A stretch of 64,000 nt of DNA from Gammaproteobacteria bacterium (lineage in GTDB: Bacteria; Pseudomonadota; Gammaproteobacteria; CAJXQU01), in assembly GCA_965238175.1 (NCBI GenBank), contig CBDEGZ010000003.1:3268876-3332875 (forward strand), given 5' to 3'. A program made the translations under genes and the position numbers. Position 1 is the first letter of the stretch. Every line of letters starts with the position of its first letter. A model generated the notes under the pieces. The model searched no databases. It saw only the letters and a program-made list of their open reading frames with translations, and was not told the DNA's origin. Shown piece after piece: positions 1 through 11,905 of this stretch.

Positions 1-1015
1 GGATCAACTTGTTCATTTCACCAAGTACATTGGAAACACTACCCACGATTGGGATATCCACAGCAACATTTTTCGAGATTGAAGCAGGATCAATATCAAT
101 GTGAACTATTTTTGCATGTGGGCAAAATTCTTCGAGTTTTCCAGTGACACGATCATCAAAACGTACACCAATTGCGATCAAAACATCACATTGATGCATG
201 CCCATATTGGCTTCGTAAGTTCCATGCATTCCTAACATTTGGAGATTCTGAGGATCCGACGCCGGATATGCACCCAAACCCATCAAAGTTTGAGTAATCG
301 GATAACCCAATAAACGCGTGAATTCAATCAGTGAATCTGCCGCGTTATCCAAGACTACGCCACCGCCAGAATAGATCATCGGCTTTTTCGCAGCCAAAAT
401 CATATTAACTGCTCGTTTTATCTGTCCGGGGTGTCCTTTTGTTATCGGCTTATACGAACGCATTTCAACCGTATCAGGGTATGAATATTCCGTCACATCC
501 GCAGTAATATCTTTAGGTATATCAACCACAACTGGGCCAGGGCGACCGGTTGTCGCCACATGGAAAGCCTTTTTAATCGTAATCGCCAGATCCTTTACAT
601 CAGAAACCATAAAGTTGTGTTTTACACAAGGCCGTGTGATGCCGACATTATCCACTTCCTGGAAAGCATCATTCCCAATTAAATGACTGGGCACCTGACC
701 AGTAAGAACAACCATTGGAATTGAATCCATATATGCCGTCGCAATACCAGTAACGCAGTTTGTTGCGCCGGGGCCAGAAGTTACAAGTACAACTCCCGCC
801 TTACCTGTAGATCGCGCATATCCATCTGCAGCATGAGTAGCACCTTGTTCGTGACGTACAAGAATATGTTTGACTGCATCTTGTTTGAAGATCGCGTCAT
901 AAATATGCAGTACTGCTCCACCGGGATAACCAAAGACAAATTCAACGCCTTCATCATCCAGCGCTTTCAGTAATATCTCTGCTCCCCGTAATTTTTCACC
1001 CACTTGACTCACCAT
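1..1015 (-). CDS. ilvI: Acetolactate synthase large subunit (5' part; runs off window start)
   Basis: Manual translation from ATG at 1015 (alternative GTG at 1003): [41 protein letters not shown]...[22 protein letters not shown]...VTSGPGATN, the AHAS N-terminal motifs. Not in the ORF track because it is truncated. Confidence 0.93.
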   Translation of the reverse strand, partial: MVSQVGEKLRGAEILLKALDDEGVEFVFGYPGGAVLHIYDAIFKQDAVKHILVRHEQGATHAADGYARSTGKAGVVLVTSGPGATNCVTGIATAYMDSIPMVVLTGQVPSHLIGNDAFQEVDNVGITRPCVKHNFMVSDVKDLAITIKKAFHVATTGRPGPVVVDIPKDITADVTEYSYPDTVEMRSYKPITKGHPGQIKRAVNMILAAKKPMIYSGGGVVLDNAADSLIEFTRLLGYPITQTLMGLGAYPASDPQNLQMLGMHGTYEANMGMHQCDVLIAIGVRFDDRVTGKLEEFCPHAKIVHIDIDPASISKNVAVDIPIVGSVSNVLGEMNKLI

Positions 1016-1196
1016 TAAGTAAACGACTTTTCGCTGATTTTTGATCAACAGGAATAGTTCTTGCTTCCTAAATTCAACAATAGAAATACACCCCGCGAAC
1101 CCGATTCGCAGGCTAATCGCTTATCATGACTGAAACCTGGGCCTTAGGTCAACATATAAAAGCAAATTTAGTTGCTTTAAAAACGATAGAAATCTT

Positions 1197-1682
1197 ATGA
1201 AATATAGTTATCACCTTTATATCTTATCAACGCTTTATTTGATCTTCACCTTTACTACCCATTCCTTTTCGTTTTCGAATGCTGAAGCTAAAGGTATATA
1301 CAAGTGCGTAAAACCCAATGGTGAAGTTGAATACACGCAATCACGATCAAAAATGTGTCAGGATCACAACACTAAAAAGTTGAAGAATACCGGTGGTCGT
1401 GCTGATCCCGCTGCAATCGCAAAACAAAAAGCAGAAAAAGAAAATTCTTTAAAAACAGAAGAAAACCGTAAAATCAAAGAACTAAAACAACAAGATCAAG
1501 AACTCATCAATCAAGAAAAAAAGCATTATTGCGATAATGTGCAAAAAAACCTGGATCAAATTCAAACATCACCGCGGTTGTTTAAAACGGACGATCAGGG
1601 TAACCAAGTTATTCTCGGTGAGGAAGAACGGCAAAATAAAATTCAGACAAACAAAGAAAACCTCGCTATCCATTGTAGTTGA
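1197..1682 (+). CDS. Exported DUF4124-like protein
   Basis: Signal-peptide-like N-terminus, IYKCVKPNGEVEYTQ motif, charged coiled segment, and C-terminal 'C...DDQG.....EEERQ..I......HC' pattern typical of DUF4124 proteins. Confidence 0.7.
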   Translation: MKYSYHLYILSTLYLIFTFTTHSFSFSNAEAKGIYKCVKPNGEVEYTQSRSKMCQDHNTKKLKNTGGRADPAAIAKQKAEKENSLKTEENRKIKELKQQDQELINQEKKHYCDNVQKNLDQIQTSPRLFKTDDQGNQVILGEEERQNKIQTNKENLAIHCS

Positions 1683-1756
1683 TACTTTTGTTATTTCTTG
1701 TTGTAGAATCCCCCATTCTATAGTTCATAAATTAGAACCATACTCAAAAACTAGTA

Positions 1757-3463
1757 ATGCGATTATCAAACCTATTACTCCCCACTCTTAGAGAAGCTCC
1801 CGCCGATGCTGAAGTCATTAGCCATAAATTAATGTTACGGGCCGGGATGATCCGGCAAACGGCTTCTGGCGTCTATTCCTGGCTACCTTTAGGTTTAAAA
1901 GTTCTACGTAAGGTAGAAGCCATCGTCCGTGAAGAAATGGATCTTGCTGGTGCACAGGAATTATTAATGCCGTCAGTACAGCCGGCTGGCTTATGGGAAG
2001 AATCAGGTCGTTGGGAACAATACGGTCCCGAATTACTGAGGATAAATGATCGACATAATCGTGAATTTTGTTACGGGCCAACGGCTGAGGAAGTGATCAC
2101 ATCTTTAGTACGCAATGAGATCAGAAGCTACAAACAATTACCAGCTAACTTCTATCAAATACAAACCAAATTTCGTGATGAAATCCGCCCTCGTTTTGGT
2201 GTTATGCGGGCGCGTGAATTTCTGATGAAAGATGCTTATTCCTTTCATCTTGATCAAAAATCGCTAGAAGAAACCTACCTAATAATGCACGACAGCTACT
2301 GCCAGATCTTCACCCGTTTAGGTCTGAAATTTCGTGTGGTTGAAGCAGATACCGGTAATATTGGCGGTAGTGCTTCACATGAATTTCATATTCTGGCTGA
2401 CTCTGGCGAAGACGATATTGCCTTCAGTAGCGAAAGTAAATACGCATCAAATGTCGAGCTGACACCTGCTCCAATGCCTGCTAACAATAGAGCAACTGCA
2501 ACTCAAACGATGACAACAGTCGATACACCTGGACAGCAGAGTATTGAAGAGGTTTGTAATTTCCTAAAAATTGAACAATCTCAATGTCTAAAAACCTTAA
2601 TAGTCGAAGGCCAAGACGATTCATTGGTTGCATTAGTTTTGCGCGGTGATCATGAATTAAACACGATTAAGGCCGACAAGATCAATCAAGTTTCTTCACC
2701 TCTTCGCTTTGCTGAAAATGAAAAAGTCAAACAGATTCTCGGGTGCTCTGTAGGATCTATCGGCCCTGTCGGATTGAATATTCCAGTTATTTTTGATCAA
2801 TCCGCTATGGTAATTTCAGATTTCACCTGTGGTGCAAATGAGGATGGAAAACATCTTATCGGTGTTAATCTGGAACGCGATATAGCAGAACCACTAGTCG
2901 CCGATATTCGTAATATTCAAGAAGGTGAACCTAGCCCTGATGGAAAAGGCGTGATCAAAATTGCCAGGGGAATTGAAGTCGGTCATATCTTCCAATTAGG
3001 TGATAAATACAGCAAAAGTATGAAGGCAAATTGCCTCGACGAAAATGGCAAAGCAGTCGATATGCTGATGGGTTGTTATGGCATCGGTGTGTCCCGTATC
3101 GTTGCGTCAGCCATTGAGCAAAATCATGACGATTCGGGCATTATCTGGCCAGCAGCAATTGCCCCTTTTCAAGTATCAATTGTTCCCGTTAATGCACACA
3201 AATCTGTACGGGTAAAAGAGGCTGCTGAACTACTCTATTCTGAATTAGTCAATAGCGGAATTGACGTCCTGCTTTGCGATACAAAAGAACGCCCAGGCGT
3301 AATGTTTAATGACTTGGAACTAATCGGGATACCTCATCGATTAGTACTAAGTGACCGTAGTTTAGATGCTGATCAAATTGAATACAAAAGTCGACTAGAT
3401 AAAGAATCAACCAATGTCGAGGCAGGATTGGCTCTGGAATTTATTAGGGACAAACTCTATTGA
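1757..3463 (+). CDS. proS: Proline--tRNA ligase
   Basis: [66 protein letters not shown]; INS editing domain present. Confidence 0.98.
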   Translation: MRLSNLLLPTLREAPADAEVISHKLMLRAGMIRQTASGVYSWLPLGLKVLRKVEAIVREEMDLAGAQELLMPSVQPAGLWEESGRWEQYGPELLRINDRHNREFCYGPTAEEVITSLVRNEIRSYKQLPANFYQIQTKFRDEIRPRFGVMRAREFLMKDAYSFHLDQKSLEETYLIMHDSYCQIFTRLGLKFRVVEADTGNIGGSASHEFHILADSGEDDIAFSSESKYASNVELTPAPMPANNRATATQTMTTVDTPGQQSIEEVCNFLKIEQSQCLKTLIVEGQDDSLVALVLRGDHELNTIKADKINQVSSPLRFAENEKVKQILGCSVGSIGPVGLNIPVIFDQSAMVISDFTCGANEDGKHLIGVNLERDIAEPLVADIRNIQEGEPSPDGKGVIKIARGIEVGHIFQLGDKYSKSMKANCLDENGKAVDMLMGCYGIGVSRIVASAIEQNHDDSGIIWPAAIAPFQVSIVPVNAHKSVRVKEAAELLYSELVNSGIDVLLCDTKERPGVMFNDLELIGIPHRLVLSDRSLDADQIEYKSRLDKESTNVEAGLALEFIRDKLY

Positions 3464-4404
3464 GTTTCTAAATCAATCACAATGCGATGGTCAGATGTAG
3501 AAAACTCTGGGCACTTGATTAGAGCAAACACTTCATTACCACTTCCACGATACTCTATATTTACAAAACTGATCAGACTTGCCATAGCAATTCCACGCCC
3601 ATGACTATCCGTCAGTCGATCTGGCTGTATCTCCATGTATGGCTCCCAATCAAACCCTATACCCTGATCTTTAATGGTTATCTCAATATATCTACCGACA
3701 TGTTGGAACCCAACTGTTGCGAATTTATGTTTGTTCTCTTCAAATTTCAACCTTCTGTTTACTTCTGCTACCCATGAACCTCCCGTACTATTCAGTATAG
3801 ACTTTTCAGCATACGTAATGCCTAAGTTACCGTGCTCAACAGCATTCACCATCAACTCTGAAAGCCCAAGAACGACCTTTGCAGGATCGGGACAAGCTTT
3901 TGCCAAAAAAGAAGATAAAGACCGCGCTTGTTCTAAAGTTTGGAATCGAAAACTCGAAGAAACCATTAGTCCAAGTGAATCTTCCTCCTCATGAACCATT
4001 TCCTGTAGTTCTTTAAACTGCATTCGATCCTGAACAGCAGTGTCTATAATGGAAAGTAATTGCTCTTCTTCAAAAGGCTTAGTTAAATAGTAAAAAGCAC
4101 CAGCACGCATCCCTTCAAGTATTTCTTCATGATTATTCAGTGCTGTTTGTAAGATTACTGGGCAGTTTTTCAACTCCGGATGCGACTTAATTCTTCTCAA
4201 AACTTCCATACCATCCATTCTAGGCATTAATCGATCTAGCAGGATAACGTCATATTTTTCAGGCTCCTCTTCTAACCGTTCTAGCGCATCTTGACCATCA
4301 ACCGCCGTTTCAATTTTATAATTCTTATCCGACAGATTTTCCGTCAAGATCTCAAGATTAAAAGGCTCGTCATCAACAACAAGAATATGTGGTATAGAGT
4401 TCAT
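3457..4404 (-). CDS. Response regulator: REC domain fused to RsbW-like HATPase (anti-sigma/Ser kinase-like) domain
   Basis: N-terminal ILVVDDEP...[11 protein letters not shown]...YLTKPF; C-terminal [17 protein letters not shown] and HGRGI boxes without an H-box. Confidence 0.85.
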   Translation of the reverse strand: MNSIPHILVVDDEPFNLEILTENLSDKNYKIETAVDGQDALERLEEEPEKYDVILLDRLMPRMDGMEVLRRIKSHPELKNCPVILQTALNNHEEILEGMRAGAFYYLTKPFEEEQLLSIIDTAVQDRMQFKELQEMVHEEEDSLGLMVSSSFRFQTLEQARSLSSFLAKACPDPAKVVLGLSELMVNAVEHGNLGITYAEKSILNSTGGSWVAEVNRRLKFEENKHKFATVGFQHVGRYIEITIKDQGIGFDWEPYMEIQPDRLTDSHGRGIAMASLISFVNIEYRGSGNEVFALIKCPEFSTSDHRIVIDLETQ

Positions 4405-4528
4405 CGCGCTTACTCCACTTTATTATGATTTTTATAGGGGTATATCAATAGCAGAATAGTCTCAAACATATGGATACTTTATTTCTCCTCACTTACCAGA
4501 ATAATTTGTGCTAATAACAAAAATATCT

Positions 4529-4648
4529 TCAATACTTACTGAGAGGCTTAACAACAAAATCTTTTACACCTCTAGCATGTGCATCCATGGCGAATATTAA
4601 GTGCAGCACTTGCTGTAAACATGCTATCTCGGACGCCACCACAACCAT
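4529..4648 (-). other. 39-codon small ORF or receiver-domain remnant
   Basis: AGGGAG RBS immediately before ATG; MVVVASEIACLQQVLHLIFAMDAHARGVKDFVVKPLSKY*. The C-terminal half resembles the alpha4-beta5 'A...GA.DF..KP' segment of REC domains. Confidence 0.35.
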
Positions 4649-4696
4649 ACTCCCTAAACTCAAAGGCCAGCATCAACACTACTAGCCTAAGAATGC

Positions 4697-4712
4697 AGCA
4701 TATGGGGTACCA
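4697..4712 (-). promoter_or_regulatory. Putative sigma-54 (-24/-12) promoter
   Basis: Minus strand TGGTAC-CCCAT-ATGCT with exact GG-N10-GC spacing; AT-rich tract and palindromes upstream; divergent from an NtrC-family activator. Confidence 0.55.
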
Positions 4713-4970
4713 ATATCCACATATGTAAAATAAACCATTATCTATTTGAATATTATAGGTTTTATAGTATTTCTAACTTTAAGAACAAAAATTATCACAC
4801 TGTCAAAAAATGTCGCAGCATGGATGAAAAACCAACCATAATTGTTTAAAAACAAAAAGTTAGTAATTGCTAATAGCATGCTGTTAGCAACTAATGTTGC
4901 ATAGGTGGTTGGTGCCAAGTATCATCAGGTTTGGACAGCCAACTATCCACATTCCTTATGATTTTATGCA

Positions 4971-6401
4971 ATGCAAGAGATGAGTAAATCAATTTCATCA
5001 AAAATGCCGATCCTTATTGTCGACGATGATCAACATATTGTTCAGGGTACCTCTTTACTCCTTCGCTCAACCGGAATGCAGGAAGTTATATCTCTCACCG
5101 ATAGCCGAGAGGTCATGCCATTACTTCACCGCCAGGAAGTTGCAGTAATACTACTTGACCTTCAAATGCCTCACTTTTCTGGTTCTGAAATACTCGACAA
5201 AGTTAAAGAGGAATTCCCTGAGATCGCGATCATTATTATTACGGCACATGATGAGCTGGAAATTGCTATCAAATGTATGCAAGCAGGTGCATTTGACTAT
5301 CTAGTGAAACCGATTGAGAAAAGTCGACTCACCTCATCTATTCACCGTGCCATAGAAATCAGCTACTTAAAAGGTGAGTTATCTCTGCTAAAGAACCGTC
5401 TTTTAAACGATGATCTTGTAGATACATCAGCGTTTGATCACATCATCACGCGTGAAAAAAAGGTACAAGTACTTTTTCAGTATATCGAAGCAATTTCGAC
5501 TTCTGATCAGCCCGTTTTAATTACCGGACAAACTGGAACAGGCAAAGAACTATTTGCCAAAGCAGTACACTTAGCATCTAAAACAGAAGGTGATTTTATA
5601 GCCGTTAACGTCGCAGGTTTAGACGATACGACTTTCTCCGATACTTTATTCGGCCATGTAAAAGGCGCATTTACTGGTGCTGATCAAAAACGTGAAGGGT
5701 TAATATCACAAGCGGCTAATGGCACTCTGTTTCTTGATGAAATTGGGGATCTAGATCTTTCTTCTCAGATCAAGTTACTACGACTGTTACAAGATCGTAG
5801 TTATTATCCATTGGGTTCAGACGTCTTACAATACAGTGCTGCTCGAATCGTGGTCGCAACGAATAGCGATTTAAATGAAGCTATCCAAAATAATACTTTC
5901 CGCAAAGATCTCTATTTCCGCTTGCGCGCGCATCAGATTAACCTGCCAACACTACAAGAACGAAAAAATGATCTACCGCTCCTCTTAAACCATTTTGTCA
6001 AAATAGCCTGTCAAGCTCTGAAAAAGAAACAGCCGGTCATCCCACAAGAATTATACATACTTCTAAACACGTACTCATTCCCTGGTAATGTACGAGAGCT
6101 GGAAACCATGACATTTGATGCAGTTGCCAGAAATCAATCACATGTTTTATCTCTGCAGAGCTTCAAAAAAATCATTGGCGAAGAGATTTTACCGATAAGC
6201 GATTTACAAGATGGGATTATTGAAATCTTCTCAGAATTATTCCCTGAAAAACTCCCTTCGTTAAAACAAGCAGAACGTCTTTTTATCAGTGAATCTATGC
6301 GGCGTGCACAAAATAATCAGGGAATAGCTGCATCTATGTTGGGCATTTCTCGTCAGGCCTTAAACAAACGTCTAGTAAGAGAACGTAAAGGTCGAGAATA
6401 A
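4971..6401 (+). CDS. Sigma-54-dependent response regulator (NtrC/AtoC family)
   Basis: REC domain, GQTGTGKE Walker A, GAFTGA loop, LFLDEIG Walker B, FPGNVREL, C-terminal Fis-type HTH. Confidence 0.95.
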   Translation: MQEMSKSISSKMPILIVDDDQHIVQGTSLLLRSTGMQEVISLTDSREVMPLLHRQEVAVILLDLQMPHFSGSEILDKVKEEFPEIAIIIITAHDELEIAIKCMQAGAFDYLVKPIEKSRLTSSIHRAIEISYLKGELSLLKNRLLNDDLVDTSAFDHIITREKKVQVLFQYIEAISTSDQPVLITGQTGTGKELFAKAVHLASKTEGDFIAVNVAGLDDTTFSDTLFGHVKGAFTGADQKREGLISQAANGTLFLDEIGDLDLSSQIKLLRLLQDRSYYPLGSDVLQYSAARIVVATNSDLNEAIQNNTFRKDLYFRLRAHQINLPTLQERKNDLPLLLNHFVKIACQALKKKQPVIPQELYILLNTYSFPGNVRELETMTFDAVARNQSHVLSLQSFKKIIGEEILPISDLQDGIIEIFSELFPEKLPSLKQAERLFISESMRRAQNNQGIAASMLGISRQALNKRLVRERKGRE

Positions 6402-6421
6402 AAAATCTAAACAATTTCTGT

Positions 6422-7996
6422 TTAAAAAGCTTCTTCAGGTTGGCTTTCTTTTAGCCTGGTATTTTCTTTCTTTTTCTTAAATACTACTCTGGTGATCGGG
6501 ATCAAAAAACTAAAACAAGCACCATCACCACTACTACTCTCAACCCAAAGCTCACCTTGGTGTGCTTCAATAATTTCTTTACAGATCGACAATCCCAACC
6601 CTGTACCGCCAGCTTCTGTTTTAGTTTTACTGCTTTGTACAAATTTATCAAAAACAGCATTTAATTCCGTTTCAGGAATACCTACCCCTTGATCTCTAAT
6701 TCTAAATAAGAGTGCTGGAACAACAAAAACATCATCACCCTTCCTTCGACCTGGACAGATTTTATCTTGCTCTACAGAAAAAGTTATCGTCTTACCTTCA
6801 AGTGAAAATTTGATCGCATTTGAAAATAGATTAGTGATTACTTGTCCAATTCGAACAGGGTCAATTTCGGCAGTTGTTTCAAGCTGAGCTGGAGTAACTT
6901 CCACAGTGAGTTTCAGCTCTTGTAGTCTCGTTTCCTGCTCTGCAATACTCTGTTCAATAATGGTTGCTAGATCCGCCTTCTCAAAATGATACTCCATCTT
7001 CATGGCTTCCATTTTTGAGAGATCGAGTAGATTATCCACAAACGAAAGCAATCGCTGACCACTATTATTAATTTGAGTAAAAAAACGCTCGAAGATCTCC
7101 TCAGATGTGTTTTTTGTTTTATTTTTACCAAGCTTAGAAAAACTCAGAATTGCATGTATTGGTGTTCTCAATTCATGAGACATATTTGCCAGAAATTCAC
7201 TTTTTGAATCACTTGCTCGTTCTGCCGCTTCTTTTGAAAGTCGCATATCATGAAGCTGATCATCAACCAGTTCTTGTAAATGATCTCGATGTTTTCGCAA
7301 TTCAGTCTCTTTTTCTTCAACTAACTCAATAGCAAGCTTCAGATCAGAAGCTTCCTTCTCAAGCTTAATTTGCGCAACTTCTCCTCGCCAATATTCGTTC
7401 TCAACACATCTACCAATTAAAATAATGAATACAGGGTAGAGAGAACTGATTAAGGCTAAAAGGTAACCTTGGCCATCCCCAGTCATTCCATGGTAAAGAC
7501 AAGCAATCGCAATTGGTACAAAAATAGTACTGGTGTATAAAGTCCAAAAATGAAAATATAGAGTCATTGTCCCAACGGCAGCGCCCGTTATTCCTACAAC
7601 AACAACCATCATAATCATAAACTCATCTGACATACCTTTGTCGAAAGAGAGAAATGCCACAAAAGTGCCAACACATAGCGTATTAGTTAACGTCCACCAA
7701 CCATATGATTTCAAACGTTTCTCTGTTGTCATAATTGATGACTTAGCTAAACGATTACCTGAAAAAAATCGAAATATACTGATAACAGCTAATAGTCCTA
7801 TTATCCATTCCAGTAGATGAACATGGTGTTCGTGAGCCTTTGATAGAAAAATAACCCCCAGAATAGGGTATACAAAAACAAGAAACCTACCGCGCGTACC
7901 AAGTTCACATGCACCTCGGTTATTGACCACACACGCGTCATCATCCAGTAATTCCGAAAGTTGCGAATTCATCTTAAAAAGATCGATCATGATCAT
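6422..7996 (-). CDS. Membrane sensor histidine kinase
   Basis: Several TM helices, H-box FLANMSHELRTP, N-box NLFSNAIKF, DQGVGIP, GGTGLGLSI. Confidence 0.93.
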   Translation of the reverse strand: MIMIDLFKMNSQLSELLDDDACVVNNRGACELGTRGRFLVFVYPILGVIFLSKAHEHHVHLLEWIIGLLAVISIFRFFSGNRLAKSSIMTTEKRLKSYGWWTLTNTLCVGTFVAFLSFDKGMSDEFMIMMVVVVGITGAAVGTMTLYFHFWTLYTSTIFVPIAIACLYHGMTGDGQGYLLALISSLYPVFIILIGRCVENEYWRGEVAQIKLEKEASDLKLAIELVEEKETELRKHRDHLQELVDDQLHDMRLSKEAAERASDSKSEFLANMSHELRTPIHAILSFSKLGKNKTKNTSEEIFERFFTQINNSGQRLLSFVDNLLDLSKMEAMKMEYHFEKADLATIIEQSIAEQETRLQELKLTVEVTPAQLETTAEIDPVRIGQVITNLFSNAIKFSLEGKTITFSVEQDKICPGRRKGDDVFVVPALLFRIRDQGVGIPETELNAVFDKFVQSSKTKTEAGGTGLGLSICKEIIEAHQGELWVESSSGDGACFSFLIPITRVVFKKKKENTRLKESQPEEAF

Positions 7997-8048
7997 TTTT
8001 AGCGACGATTTAACCGAGAACTTTAAGTCGGTGATTTACAGAAAACCA

Positions 8049-9290
8049 TTATTGAAACAAAGAGTTCAATGGTGCCTTCATAGATCCTTTAAGGCTGCTA
8101 AATGCCTTCCCTAGCTCAGCAAAAAGTCGTTCATTCCAGATATCTTCCCGAATCAGATCGGAATCAGTCAATGGCAAACCTCCAGGCAAAGCACGATAAA
8201 GGCTTAAAAGTGTCTCCTCACCTAAATCACGCAATAATACCCAAGCACCATCTTCTGTTCTTTGTAGCCAAGCGGCTTCTCTTAGTGCACGTAAAATTTC
8301 ATAAATCCGTTCATCATTCATGTCAGGCTCGTAGACAATTAGATCAGATACCGTACATGGATTGCCCTGAATCTGATGCTTCCAAATTTGGCCAGTAATA
8401 CGGTAAGCATCCACAAATAAATTTCGTTTCCGATCGTCTACACGTCCAACATAACGATGATAAATCATATGACAACGTGTGATTTCAGCCCCAAGTAAAA
8501 TGATAAGCCAGGACAAATATATCCAAAGCAAAAAGATCGGGATGGTCGCAAATGCGCCATAAATTGCCTGCTGGCTTGGAAAGTTAACAACATAATAAGC
8601 AAACAATCGTTTTGCAATTTCAAAAAAGATGCCTGCGACCACAGCGCCTATCAAGGCACTTTTTGTTGTAACGGTCCTGTTGGGTAATAAACGGTAGATC
8701 AAATAAAAAGCCAATGTTGTGGTCAGCAATGGAAGCAAAACCAGAAACTTCCTTTTAATCCCAAGTGTCGCATCGACCTCACTAAATATCGGTAAAGAAA
8801 CCAGATACGAAGTTGCAATAAAACTCGTTCCTACCAGCAATGGCCCCAATGTCAAAACTGCCCAATAGATCATAAAGCGCGTTACCGGTTTTCGTTTCGA
8901 ACGAACTCGCCAGATGTCATTAAATGCCATCTCAATAGTGTTCATCATCGCTAATACTGTCACGAATAAAAAACCAACGCCCACAGCTCTCAGGCCGGCT
9001 GCCTTTTCACTAAATTCGTGCAAATAGGTTCTTACTGTTGAGCCAAGCGCAGGGACAAAATTATTGAACACAAAGGCTTCAATATCTTTTTCCATACCCT
9101 GGAAAACGGGAAATGCTGTTAGCGTTGAGAACATCACAGCCATCAAAGGCACCAGCGATAATAGTGAAGTATAAGATAATGAGGAAGCCGTTCGTATACA
9201 ATTATCACTCATAAAGTGCTTTTTAACGAAGATCAAAAAATCTCGCAATTCTTGAAATTTCGAAATAACCTGCGCTGGAATAGAATTCAT
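8049..9290 (-). CDS. yihY: YihY/virulence factor BrkB family membrane protein with C-terminal wHTH-like extension
   Basis: ASSLSYTSLLSLVPL, FNDIWRV, YWAVLTLGPLL, IYGAFATIPIFLLWIYLSWLIILLGAE. Confidence 0.9.
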   Translation of the reverse strand: MNSIPAQVISKFQELRDFLIFVKKHFMSDNCIRTASSLSYTSLLSLVPLMAVMFSTLTAFPVFQGMEKDIEAFVFNNFVPALGSTVRTYLHEFSEKAAGLRAVGVGFLFVTVLAMMNTIEMAFNDIWRVRSKRKPVTRFMIYWAVLTLGPLLVGTSFIATSYLVSLPIFSEVDATLGIKRKFLVLLPLLTTTLAFYLIYRLLPNRTVTTKSALIGAVVAGIFFEIAKRLFAYYVVNFPSQQAIYGAFATIPIFLLWIYLSWLIILLGAEITRCHMIYHRYVGRVDDRKRNLFVDAYRITGQIWKHQIQGNPCTVSDLIVYEPDMNDERIYEILRALREAAWLQRTEDGAWVLLRDLGEETLLSLYRALPGGLPLTDSDLIREDIWNERLFAELGKAFSSLKGSMKAPLNSLFQ

Positions 9291-9339
9291 ATTAGAATAA
9301 TCTCACTATTTCACACTTAAACCTACAGGAGCCCAACCG

Positions 9340-10298
<959 letters not shown>

Positions 10299-10314
10299 TG
10301 ATAAGGATAAACCT

Positions 10315-10698
10315 GTGACCAAGATCATTATAGCGCGAATAGCAACACTGATCGGATATTTCGGATTATTGATGTTAGTCGTTTACTGGGCGATAAACCC
10401 GACCCAGCTTAACCCAGAAAAACTCGGAGTTTCTGCAACAAGTGTGATTTTGTTATTTGGTGGCTTGCCGCTGATTTTGGGGATTTCTGGGATATTAAAA
10501 AAGAAACCCTACACACATGCATGGATTTGTATCATTTCCCTTTTCTATTTGATCCACGGAATCGTTGAGGTTTGGAGCCAGCCTGAAAATAGATTACTGG
10601 CTAGCATTGAAATAATTCTGAGTACCTTGCTATATCTTGGAGCTGGTTTTTATGCGCGCTATCGTGCTCGGGAATTAAAGGCAAAAGACAGGATCTGA
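10315..10698 (+). CDS. DUF2069-like membrane protein
   Basis: Four hydrophobic helices, PYTHAW...LFYLIHGI motif; follows wrbA. Confidence 0.78.
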   Translation: MTKIIIARIATLIGYFGLLMLVVYWAINPTQLNPEKLGVSATSVILLFGGLPLILGISGILKKKPYTHAWICIISLFYLIHGIVEVWSQPENRLLASIEIILSTLLYLGAGFYARYRARELKAKDRI

Positions 10699-10765
10699 TC
10701 CTGAGTGAGGGTTTCAAATTGTTAAACTGAACGAATAATACGACATGGAAAGACCTGAGGGTTCC

Positions 10766-11145
10766 TGAACTACCCCCATCCATAAAAACGGACAGGTTAA
10801 TTAAGCCGCATTCATTAATTCAAACTCATGTGGAGATAAATTATCCAATGTTTGATGAATACGTTGCCGATTATAAAAGATTTCTATGTAATCAAAGATA
10901 GCGGTCTTTGCTTCCTCCCTTGTTTGATAACGATAATGATAAATCAGTTCATTCTTCAGGTTATTAAAAAAGCTTTCAGCCACGGCATTATGACCAAAAC
11001 ACTTCGTGGGGCAGGCCTCCCAACAATCTCTCTTACGACTCATACTGGGTATCATGCCATGCTGTTTTAATAAATCACGATACTGCTTATAGTCGTGTAA
11101 TATTTTCCAAAGCAATACAGACACTCTACCAAACTTTTTTAACAC
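10766..11145 (-). mobile_element. IS3-family remnant (right end plus C-terminal OrfB fragment)
   Basis: SMSRKRDCW...NAVAESFFNNLKNE...IFDYIEIFYNRQRIHQTLDNLSP integrase-core tail; TGAACTACCCCCATCC...GGACA end sequence at 10766; N-terminus and left end absent. Confidence 0.85.
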
Positions 11146-11179
11146 GAAAGTGAAATCTATTAGTTTAAAATATAAAAAA

Positions 11180-11896
11180 CTAACCTGTTAGATTCTGCTC
11201 CAATAACTCCTTAACAAACGGCACGGTCAATTTTCGTTTTGCCGCAAGACTCGCGTGATCAAGTTTATCCAGAAAACCACACAAAGCGTGCATGTCTCGA
11301 GGCAATCTTTTGATCAGAAATTCACCTACATCATCAGGCAAAGCAAAACTTTTTTTGTCTGCCCTTTGTTGTAACACGGTCAACTTTTTATCATCCTCCA
11401 GGTCTTGCAACTGATAGATCAAACCCCAGTTCATCCGTGAAGCAAGATCTGGCAATTTAAACTCGATTGTCTTGGGTGCGGAGCCTGCCGACATAAGCAA
11501 TATGTGATCAAGTTCTTTTACTCGATTGAATAAATGAAAAATCGCTTTTTCCCATTCCTGATCGCCTGTGATTTGATCGACGTCATCCAAACAAATTACT
11601 GGTAGCTCTTCTAAACCTTCTAAAAATAAGGGTGTGAATTTCTGCCTGTGAGATAAGGGTAAATAAACTGATTGTTGATCAGATTCCGCAAGTGCTTTGC
11701 ATAATGCTTGTAGTAAGTGACTTTTACCTACACCTTTAGCACCCCAAATAAAAATAGACTCCTTCTGTAATTCAGGCTCTACAATTAAACGAAGTTTCTG
11801 TACAACTTCGGAATTAGATCCGTTTAAGAATTGATCAAAAGAGAAAGATTCAGTCTGGCCAAATGTTAGAGGAAGTTGATGGCCACTATTATTCAT
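11180..11896 (-). CDS. hda: DnaA regulatory inactivator Hda
   Basis: QLPL beta-clamp motif, GAKGVGKSHLL, LPDLASR, LTVPFVKE; AI-2E/purM neighbourhood. Confidence 0.95.
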   Translation of the reverse strand: MNNSGHQLPLTFGQTESFSFDQFLNGSNSEVVQKLRLIVEPELQKESIFIWGAKGVGKSHLLQALCKALAESDQQSVYLPLSHRQKFTPLFLEGLEELPVICLDDVDQITGDQEWEKAIFHLFNRVKELDHILLMSAGSAPKTIEFKLPDLASRMNWGLIYQLQDLEDDKKLTVLQQRADKKSFALPDDVGEFLIKRLPRDMHALCGFLDKLDHASLAAKRKLTVPFVKELLEQNLTG

Positions 11897-11905
11897 TCTG
11901 GTTCC

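Noticed and set aside
1016-1196. Possible ilv attenuator/leader peptide
   Set aside because: No Ile/Leu/Val-rich leader ORF or terminator with U-tract found; only a small hairpin.
10761-10775. CCTGAACT resembling the IS1111 target
   Set aside because: It is the IS3 terminal sequence plus two flanking bases; the match does not extend to TAACC or TCG.
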